Positions 27,541 to 59,714 of a DNA stretch of 64,000 bases are shown here, in pieces. Below the pieces are notes generated by a model. That model searched no databases. It was not told where the DNA came from and worked only from the letters and a program-made list of their open reading frames with translations. The translations under genes were made by a program, and so were the position numbers. The stretch covers positions 15,438,001-15,502,000 of the forward strand of contig NC_045704.1 of assembly GCF_009834535.1 (NCBI RefSeq). Reading direction: 5' to 3'. The number at the start of each line of letters is the position of its first letter. Positions within the stretch are counted from its first letter, which is position 1. The stretch is from Camelus ferus (taxonomy: Eukaryota).

Positions 27541-28649
27541 GAAAACTGGGCTTGAGGTGAAGATAATGGAGTGCTTGGCACATAGTAAGTGCTCAGTAAA
27601 CATTAGCCATTATTATTTATTTGTTTTGTGTATTGTGGTTTGCTTCCTCTGCAAACTGCAAGGTCCATGAGGGCAAACTCTGGGGTGACTTGCTTATTAC
27701 TGAAACTCCAGCACCTAGAACAGAGCTTGACACATAGGAGGCGTTCAGTAAACATTTTTTAATGAATGAAAGAAGTGGGCACGATATGATCCCCCACTTT
27801 CCAGATGGGGAAACTGAGGCTCAGGGTCACAACCAGAAAGTGGTGAAGTTAGAATTCAAACCCAGGTCACTATGGTTCGAAAGCTCTGGGTTTCCACGGT
27901 CTGCCTCTGTCCAGAGCTATTATCTCTTCCGCTTTGGGCTCACTTCCCCTGCCTATAAAGCATTGCCTCAGTCATTTCTAGGTGCTGACCCTCAGTGGGG
28001 ACTTGGGGAAATTGGTCCAGTTTCTTTAAATCCATTGTCAGGTTTTCTACCCTCCCTTCTTCCCCCAACCTCGGAGCCAGCTCCAACTGACACCACCAGT
28101 CACCCAGACATCACAGCTGGGCCTATGTCAAAACCCGGACTGGATGATAAGGTTGTGGGAGATGAGAGTTGTAGGGGAGGGGCTAAATCCCTGGGGCGGT
28201 GGATAGGAAAGTGGAAGGCTAGGTTAGGGAGAGACTAACAGACTTGTGGGGAGGGGTCTAAACTCCGGGGAGGAGCCAGTCCTATCAGGAGGCCAGGGTC
28301 TAGGGCTCTGGGCGAAGTATCAACGCCCTGAGATGCTTAGGGGGCGGTGCCAAAGGCTTTGGGGGCGGGAATAGAACTTAAGCTCCAGGCAGGTTTCTGG
28401 GGGTGGAGCTAAGAGTCCTGAGGGCGGGTGTAGATAGAATAAACAAGGACTCTAACAAATGAGCTAGAATAAGAGATTCAGGGAGGAGCTAGTGGCTATC
28501 TGGGAGGATTTGAGGCTCTAGGGTCGGGCTCTAGTCTTGCAAGGGGGCCTTTCGAAAATTCACTAAAAGATTAGGGAGTTCTGGGGGATATGGGAGTGTC
28601 TTCTTACACCCTATCTTGCCTTAAGAGCCGGGGGCTACGCTTCAGGCAG

Positions 28650-28954
28650 AAAAGCAGAGAAGGCCTTGCCCCTTCCAATCCTTCTGCCTCCCTATTGGCG
28701 GAGTAGCCTGCGCGACAGGCTCTCATTGGTCCTGAACAGTCGAGGAAGGGGTCTAGAGAGAATATGCCCGGTTGTGGGCGGGACCAGACAGTACCGAGGG
28801 GGATCTCAGCTCAACCAATCCGTGCCCAAGAATCGTGTTGGGGGGCCTGGCAGAGGGTGTCCCGACCCCCCCCCCCACTTCTGGGCATCCTGGGGGATGA
28901 CCCCGGTGCCAGGCCCCGCGCCGGCCGCCTGATGCCAGGCGGGCCGAGCCGGGG
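28650..28954 (+). promoter_or_regulatory. Promoter of the longest EML2 isoform
   Basis: CpG-rich with three CCAAT/ATTGG boxes (~28693, ~28725, ~28815) and GGGCGGG upstream of ATG 28955. Confidence 0.6.
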
Positions 28955-51429
<22,475 letters not shown>

Positions 51430-51698
51430 AGTGGGAGGAGGGGTGGTCTCAGGAACGTGGGGCCCAGGTAGTCAGGTGACAGAGCTGGAATTCTATTTTC
51501 GGGAGATGTCTATTGCCGAGTAGAGTAATATATACCCAGAGTATGTCTATAGCAAAGGGGGTTATGGGGGCGGGAGGGTGGACTGACAGACAGAAGTCTA
51601 TTTATCGGGGTGGGAAGAAGAGTCACATTGCTTTGGGGGAGCCATTAGGGTGTTTGGTTGGGGGTGTTTTTTAAGTTTATTATTTTATATCATCCAGA

Positions 51699-51704
51699 AA
51701 TAAA
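51699..51704 (+). terminator. EML2 polyadenylation signal
   Basis: AATAAA 270 nt after the stop codon, followed by GU-rich sequence. Confidence 0.8.
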
Positions 51705-51841
51705 AACACGTGCACTGAGATAGCATGTCAGAGTCTGTGTATGTGGTTTGTCCATAGATTGAGTGTGTCTATAAATGTATGTGAATGGCTGTGTGTATGT
51801 GTGTGTATTACAGTGTTTGTGATGAGAGATCATTATTAGGT

Positions 51842-51989
51842 CTTTTTTTTAAGTTTTTAGTGGGGAGGTAATTAGGTTTATTTATTTATTATTTATTTAT
51901 TTTTTAATGGAGGTACTGGGGATTGAACCCATGACCTTGTGCATGCTAAGCTCATACTCTACCACTGAGCTATATTCTGCCCCCCCCCC
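51842..51989 (-). mobile_element. Vic-1 SINE, full length with target-site duplication
   Basis: Complete head and AAATAAAT-CCTAATTACCTCCCC tail, flanked by CATTATTAGGT at 51831-51841 and 51990-52000. Confidence 0.92.
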
Positions 51990-52892
51990 CATTATTAGGT
52001 TTTTATTGGCCTTTAAGCTTGACAGAACCCAAACGTGCTCTAACTTAGACCAAAGGAGGACTCAGTTGGCCCACATTGGCAAACAAGGAAGGACAGTTGT
52101 CCCCTCTGGTCTTAAGGGCCATCAAACCAAGGATTTGAGGACAACCAGGATACTCTGTCCATACCTTCTCTGTGAGTCAGCATTTTTCTCTGGGACCAGC
52201 ACTCTCCACACCACACAAGGGTGGCACTGAGCAGCTTCAAAGATCTTATCAACCAGCCTTGGGCTCCAAGTCCAAAAATCCCGGGGAAGGGCTGTGATTG
52301 GCCCAACTGCAGATCAATCAGCCTGGCCTGTTGGTTGGTCTACTGTGATTGGCTCCACTTGGGTGAAGACCAGCCCTGGACCAATGATTGTGGCCAGGAA
52401 GGGAATTATACAAAAACATGGAAGCCTCTACTTGAACCACAAGGCTGAAATAGGGCAAGGAAAGTTTTCAGAGTAGTGGGCTGTGGGATGGGGTATGAGG
52501 ACTCTGGGTTGCAAGAGATAGAAACCTATCATAAACAATAAAAAGCAGTTGCCAGGTCATAGAACTGGGTAGTCCAGGATGGGCCCAGCTGAATTCAGGA
52601 GACTTAACTGTGGTGACCGGCATTCTTGTCGGGGATTTCTCAATTTAGTCTCTATAACCCTGAGCAAATTTTTAACTTTTTATTGGTGTATGTTACACGC
52701 AGAGACATACAGTCATCATAAATGTATAATCACAAACTACTTCCCATCCATGTAGCCAGCTCCCAGATGAAGACAGAGAACATCCTCAAACCCCAGAAAG
52801 CCTCATCATGCCCCCTCCTAGTCATTGCCCCTCATAATCACTACCCTGACTTCTCACATCATAGAATTTTTAACCACTTTTGTACTTGAAAG

Positions 52893-53217
52893 CAAAAGTC
52901 GGCAAACTGTTTCTGTAAAGGGCTAGATATTAAATATTTTAAATGTAATGAGCCCCCCCAGTCTCTGTCCCAACTAACTCTGACATCATTCTGTGAAAGC
53001 GACCACAGGCAATGCGTGAATGAACAGCTCAGCTGTGTTCAAATACAACTACTTATGGATCCTGAAATTTGAATTTCTTATCATTTTCACATATCATAAA
53101 GTACTATTGTTTTGATTTCTTTGGAACCATTCAGAAGTGTGAAAACCATCTTAGCTCATGAGCTGTACAAAGACAGGCAGTAGAAAGGATTTGGTCCACG
53201 GTTGTAGTTTGCCCATT
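52893..53217. mobile_element. MER58-like hAT-Charlie DNA transposon remnant
   Basis: GGCAAACT...TTCTGTAAAGGGC at the left end, AGTTTGCC at the right end (TIR remnants), internal GAAATTTGAATTTC-ATCATTTTCAC. Confidence 0.7.
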
Positions 53218-53675
53218 TTTGTTTTAAATAGATGGAATCATAGAGTTGTATGAACTCTTTGAGGCCTGGCTTCTCCCCTTGAGCGAGTTTCTTAGCCTTT
53301 TAGGGCCTCAGTTTCCCCATGTCTGAAAATAGAAGTTAATAATAGCACCTGCCCCACAGGAGTGCTGTGAAAATGAAATGACTAAACACGAAAAAGCTTA
53401 AGACAGTGCCTGGCACATAACAAGCTCTCTATAAATGTTAGATGATTATTTTTACGCTGTTGAGAACACAGACTCCATGGCTGCAAGCATTCTGCCAGGC
53501 TACACGGTGGCATCAAAGCAGGAGGAAGTCTCCCGCCCTTAGCGCTCAAGTGTCAGGAGGAATCTGATTCGGTCAGCTATCATCATGTTGACACCCTCGA
53601 GTCAATCGCTATGGCCCAGGGAATGGGCTCATCTGATTGGCCAAACATGGGTCATGTGCCCATCATTTTGCCTTG

Positions 53676-53803
53676 TGTTTTTTTTTGGGGGGGCGATATT
53701 TAGTTTATTTATTTTTAGGGGAGGTACTGGGGATTGAACCCTTCAACCCAGGGCATCGTGCATGCTAAGCATGCACTCTACCACTTGAGCTATGCCCTCC
53801 CCC
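53676..53803 (-). mobile_element. Vic-1 SINE
   Basis: Same head/tail pattern; TTTTGCCTTG repeated at 53666-53675 and 53809-53818. Confidence 0.88.
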
Positions 53804-54109
53804 AATACTTTTGCCTTGGCAGGAGTTAGTATACCATACAGGGGCCTGACATCCCCTCCTAAACCTCTCAGAATGGGCAGGGAAGTTCCCTCAAAGGAAA
53901 GAGGGTGGGAAAAACAGGAGATGGAGGTTACCAGCAACCGCAGCATATCTATGTCAATGTGGGTGACACCCTGGAGGGCAGAATCAGCAATGTTTCTGGG
54001 AGTTTGAAGGAAGAGCACTATTCCCATTACCTGTTGCCTCAGAACAAACCATTCCAAAACTTAATGGCTTAAAATAACAACTATTTTATTGTCACTTATC
54101 GTTTGGTGT

Positions 54110-54530
54110 TATCTGTTCACCCATTGATGGAAATTCGGGTTGCATCCGTCTTTAACTATTGTGGATAACGTCTTGATAAACATTCATATACAGGTTTCTG
54201 TTTCGACATGTTTTCCTTTCTCTTGGGTATGGAACAAGGAGTGGAATTGCTGGGCCATATAGTAATTCTATACTTAACTTCTTGAGGAACATGTGTGTGT
54301 GTGTGTCTATGTGTGTATGTTTGTGTTTGTGTGTGGTTTTACTTAAATCATTTTGAAATAATTACAGACTCAGAGGAAGTTGCCAGCATGGTACAGAGAG
54401 GTCCTTTATACCCTTCATCCAGTTTCCCCTAGTGGTAACATCTTGTATAACTATAGTGCAATACCAAAACTTGGAAATTGACACTGGTGAATCTACAGAC
54501 CTTATTCAGATTTCACCAGTTTTATATGCC
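54110..54530 (-). mobile_element. Old LINE-1 (L1M-type) 3' fragments
   Basis: TTCTCTTGGGTAT...GGAGTGGAATTGCTGGG-CATATAGTAATTCTAT and ACAGACTCAGAGGAAGTTGC...CCAGTTTCCCC are L1 3'UTR signatures. Confidence 0.7.
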
Positions 54531-57500
54531 CTCGTGTGTGTGTGTGTGTGTACGCAGTTTTATCACGGGTGCATTTTTTTATGGGGATTCCAGCAAAGGT
54601 GAGAAACTCCCCTTTATTTCCAAAGTATTCCCAAAGTTTATATGTATATGTTTGCTCTCTAGTCTTCAACTGCCTAAGCTATAACTCCCTAAATGTCAAT
54701 ACCCTTCAGAAATGACAGCCCTCAGAGACAAACATGAAATTCTAGGAAGGAGAGGGTGTTCAATCTTGTCAAAGGGTTCCATCCCTCCACCTTTCTGGCC
54801 AAAGATCTCAATTAATATGACCAGAAGTCAATCATTCACTAATCAATTGTCCATGAGGATGAAGATTTTGGCTTTTTAAGACTGTATCCCCAGGGCCTTG
54901 GTCAGTCCCTGGCATGCAGTAAATGCTCAACAAATATGTATGTTGATTAATCAATGAACGAATTCATTCTATATATATGTAAGAAACATTTTACTCTAGG
55001 CCAGGGCCTGAACTGGGCAGTACTGGGCAGAGTGGTGACTGAGACAGCCCCGGCCCTGCCCTCAAGGGTCTCAGTCCAGTAGGGGGAGGTAGATCCATTC
55101 TCAGACAATGATCAGTCAAAGGAAAAATAATGGGGCATCAGGGAGGGCTTCCTGGAGGGGACAACAGACCTGACTACTGAAGGATGAGTTAGGAATGAAC
55201 CACATTAAGTGAAAGGAGTGTTCCAAGTGGAAGTTTTGACAATTTACTGCTCCCTCCTTGCTCTTATTCCCCAACAAACTGTGACAACCCCCACTGGGCT
55301 TCAGCAGCCCCCTGAGCCCCTGTCTCAGCCTTGACCACTCTGAGATGTCACTGTCAGGGACAGATCTGTCTCCCCCTTCACTGGCTGCCAGCCCTAGGAG
55401 GGATGGGCCAGCGCTGTTGTGGTTACCACTGTGTCCTGAACACTGCCTAGCACTGAACCAGGGACAGAAGCAAGGGCTCAGGAAGTGTTTGATGAATGAA
55501 TATGAGAGTAGAGTGCATGTATGTGTGTGAAATAGTTGAAAGTGTGTTATATGAACAAGATCAAAGTTCAAACTCCTCAAACCCAACTTCCTATCCCAGG
55601 AAGTGGCATAAGAGCAGTTAAAACACTGGAGCCCTACTATTTGGACTCCGGCATTTCTTCTCCCTGTGACTCAGTGTCCTTATCTGTAAAATGGGACCTC
55701 CACATATGGTTATTTTGAGGATTAAATGAGTTATTCACATAAAGTGCTTAGAGCAGTACTTGGAGTATGGTAAGTGGTCATTAAATGTTAGCCATCCTTA
55801 TTTTTTAAAATCATTTTTGACCCTTAGCTTTTTAAGCCAACATCCTCTCCTATTTCCATCTCTTATCCGCAGTCATTTGAATCACTAGTACTTGCCCTTC
55901 CTTGTGACAGTTCATGTCTCTGAGCCTCTGCACATGCTGTTCCCTCCCCACTAGTACACCCTTTTTGAACTTGTCCACCTGGGGAACTCCTATTCAGCTG
56001 GCACAATACAGCAATCACATCACCCCTCCAGACCCCCCAGGTTTCACAGGCCAGCTGGTTGCCTCTCTGGGATCAAAGTCTCCTTTCCTGTCCTCCAGCT
56101 TTTGACACTTCCCTACTGTCCAAGGTGTGGGGAAGGAAGTGGTCCAACTCTGTGGAAGCATCCCTTTCACTGGGTCTCTTGGTGCTCTGTCGCCCCCATG
56201 TGCCCAGCCTCAGACCTGCATGGAAAAATTTGCCTAGAAAGTTCTGGGAGAATAGAGCTGGTAATGTTCCCCTGCACCCCAAAGTCACCCTCAGCCTTTC
56301 TCCTCCTGCTCTGGGTCCTGGGAGAGTGCCCTTTGTGGACTCCATCCACAGGAGTCCCTTGCCCTCTGCCTTCTGGTTGGGTCATGCCCATTACAGGCAC
56401 TGACCCGAAATCTGAGGATAGCAAGGGGAGAGAGGTTGGAGTATTTATTCTCTGGGCCCCTCCCTGGATCCCTGCGGTTCTGGCAATGGCTTTGTTCCTC
56501 TGTCTAGAACTCCTATGGGCTCCTCTCCAGACTTTAGCTTTCTGCCTGAAGGGTTGTGATGGCTTGGCTCTGTCTGCTGCTGGTCCCATGTTGTTGCCCC
56601 ATACTTTGTGGGTTTTTTTCACCGTGCCCATTCCTCTAAACTGTCCCTTCATAAATACTCCCACTTCAACTCTTTGAATGGCTAGGTGTTTCCTGCTAGG
56701 ACCCTAAATGAATCACAGTATAAACTTAGGGGGAGCCCAGGAGGGAAGGGGACCCTCATTCACCAGTGAGCCTGGGAATTTCTCTGTAGGAGGAGCTTGG
56801 GATGGTCATGGGGCTGACAGGAGGGTTGTCTTGAAGCTGATAAGATGTATATGGGGTTATTTGTAGGGAGGGGCTAAAGCCTTCATGACACTTCCATCAG
56901 AGTGTCCCTGTCTGTCCACTTGAGGGAGGGTGGAAGGAAAAAGCTTTCATTCTGGTGTGCAGTGCAGGTCACTTGGGCCCTTGATTAACTCTCTCACTTT
57001 CAGTTTCCCTCAAAAGCCCTGAGAAGAAGAGGGTAATATGGTTCAGAAAGGTGAAGTCACTTGTCCAAGGCCACACAGCAAACGATTATAATAGCTACTT
57101 TAAACAAAACAAAATAGAAGTGTTTCACCTCATTTCTATGGAGTTCTAGAACAGGCAATACTAATTTCCAGAAAAAAAAAAAAAGTACACAGTTGCCTCA
57201 GAGAGTGATAAAGAGTGTGAGTATTGCCTGGAACAGGCAAAAAAACAATGTTCTTAGGTGATGGAAATGTTTATGTCAATTTGGGTGCTTAGTCACACGG
57301 GTGTATCTGTTTGTCACAACTCTTTGGACTGTTCCCTTAAGATCCAGATATTTTTATTTTTTATTTAAAAAATAAACAAAAAAAGAATTTGCAAACCTAA
57401 CAGCTGTCATTTTTCGAGAACTATATCCCAGATCTGTCCAAAGTGCTTTGCCCAAGAATGAATTCTCCTGACCAATTTATGAAGGATCTGATGGTAATAA

Positions 57501-58199
57501 TAAAAACCAGCAAGTATTTTTGGACCACTTACCATTTGTTTATTCACTCCCTGAAAACAATGTGTGTTGCACACTTATTACATGTCCAGTGGTTTTGTAG
57601 ACAAAAGACACACAACAGTAAACTAATCAAACTCAAAAATGACACTCCTTCTACCTGGGAGGCAGGGAGGAAGGGGAGCATGTGGGGGTGTCATGTTTTA
57701 CAGACTTGATAGTCTGACATCCCCATGACAAAGGGAATATGAGGGACCACATTATTAGAAGAGGAAACTGGGGCACAGAGAGGTCACCAGCCTAAGTCTA
57801 GCCAAGAGGCAGGGCTGGAGCTGCAAGCCCCAGGACTCCTTCCAGAGGTGGCTATGACCGAGTCTGTGGGCTTGGGGACCTAGCAGACTGCTTGTTCTCT
57901 CCCTTGGGAAAGGGGTCATGCAATAACCAGAGAGTTAATGATTTGGGCCTGGGGGCTCCGAAGGGAGGAAATGGTTTAGCTCCAGGAGACTTAGTGAGGG
58001 ACCTCACTTTCCCGTACAGCTTAGGGCTTGATCGAATTAGAGTGCGGGGTGGGCAGGAGGGTAAGCAGAGGGGTTTAATGAGGTGGAGGCCTCCAGCCTG
58101 GGGACTTTGAAGGACTGGGAGGTGTTCCAGCAGCAAGTGAGCTTTCCCCAGGGCTGGAAGCCTTTGGTGGGGTAAAGGCTTAAAGGAGTTAAGGGGGAG

Positions 58200-58560
58200 C
58201 GACAAAGGAAGGGTTAATGGGGGCGGGGCGGGGCGGGGCCTCGGCTGGCCACGCCGGCCCCGGGACCGGGAGGAGTCGCCGCCGGGTCCCAGCGCCGCCA
58301 GTTCAGCCCAGATCCCCCAGCCGCCGAGAGACGCGCCGCCCGCCCCGTCCAGCCGCCGCGCGCAGGTAGGCGCCGGTCCCTCCCCTGCCCGCGCGGGTCG
58401 TGCGGCCGCCGAATACTGCTCCTCCCTGCGCCCCTCGGGGGCTTTGCGTCCCGGCGCCGGCTGCCTCAGTCTCCCGCGCCGTCTCCGTCTCCCGCGCCGT
58501 CTCCGTCCCCGCCCCTCTCTGGGGCTGGCTCTCCCGGAGTCTCCCCAGTTGATTTGCCTC
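58200..58560 (+). promoter_or_regulatory. CpG island with tandem GC boxes; probable promoter/non-coding first exon of the next gene (GPR4 by synteny)
   Basis: GGGGCGGGGCGGGGCGGGGCC at ~58219-58239 and dense CpG, ~6.6 kb past the EML2 polyA site. Gene identity is inferred only from the human order EML2-GPR4; no GPR4 coding sequence is in the window. Confidence 0.5.
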
Positions 58561-59577
58561 TGGGTCTGTCTCCATCTCTCCATCTGTCTCTGGTATCTCT
58601 GTCTCTGCGGTCCCTCTCCCTCTAGATGTGTGTCTCCTCCATCTCTGGATGTCTCTGTGTCTATTTCTGTATCTCTGTCTCACTGTCTCTCTCTGTTTGC
58701 CCCTGTCTCAGTCTCTTGATGAACTCTCAGTCTCTAAGGATCTGTCTGCTTCCATCTCCACGTCTCCCCGTCTCTGAGCATCTCTTTGCCCTTTGCCTTC
58801 CTGTCTCTCTGTCTCTCTCCGTATTCCTCGTCTCTCTCCGTATTCCTCTGTCTCTGTCTCTTTGTATCTGAGACCCCTTTCTGGCAACTTCATCCCGTCG
58901 TCGTCATCTCAGTCGAAATCCTCGCAAATCCCAGAGCTTTCCCCTGGGCTGAGGAGCTGCTTGGGAGTTGGGTAGGGGGTAGTAGGGTTGCCACCTGGGG
59001 CAGGTGGACTCTAAGTGACCCTGTGACCCCGGCTCCGCCTTAACAGAGTCACCCCACTGCTTTAGAGGTCGCACCCACCCCACCCTCCAATTTCAGGAAT
59101 TCCTGGCTGGGGGGTGAACTTCCTCCCCCACTTCCTCCCTTCCAGGATTTGGCTGGGTCACCCGTTAACTCCTTCCTGCCTTGGCTTCATCCCCACCTCC
59201 ATGAACTGGACACCCATGCCCTAACCCCCAGCCAAGCTGAAGAACAGCTCTGGAATTTCTGTGACGTGTTGGTTGTGGGGTATGTGCTGTGTACTCAGGA
59301 GGGATGTGCTTTGGGGGGTTTTCTGAGGAGCATAGATGGAGATGATGGGGGCCATAGACCCCCATGGTTCCCTCCAGGGCCACCACCTGCCCCATTCCTC
59401 CTGAATTCACCAAGGGGCCCCCCCACAACTCTTGTCTCTGTGGATGAGCTTGACTTCAAGTTTGGGGTGAGGATGGGAAGTTTTCCTTCCTGGGTGTGTT
59501 CCAGGAGGAGAAAATGAGAGAGACTGTCGGGGAGGGGGCTCCTGAACTCTGGAAATTATAGAATCAAGAAGTCTTAA

Positions 59578-59714
59578 GGGGGGAGGGTATAGCTCAGTTG
59601 TAGAGTGTGTGCTTAGCATGCACAAGGTCCTAGGTTCAATCCCTAGCACCTCCATTAAATAAATAAACCTAGTTATCTTCTCTTCCCCCCAAAAAAGTTA
59701 AAAAAAAAAAAAAA
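59578..59714 (+). mobile_element. Vic-1 SINE, full length
   Basis: GGGGAGGGTATAGCTCAGTTGTAGAGTGTGTGCTTAGCATGCACAAGGTCCTAGGTTCAATCCCTAGCACCTCCATTAAATAAATAAACC...A tail. Confidence 0.92.

Noticed and set aside
57852-58683. 243-aa and 126-aa minus-strand ORFs
   Set aside because: Typical stop-poor reading of a CpG island and CT-rich tract.
59578-59652. tRNA-Ala-like sequences (all six copies)
   Set aside because: They have Vic-1 SINE bodies, A-rich tails and TSDs, with imperfect cloverleafs; these are SINEs, not tRNA genes.
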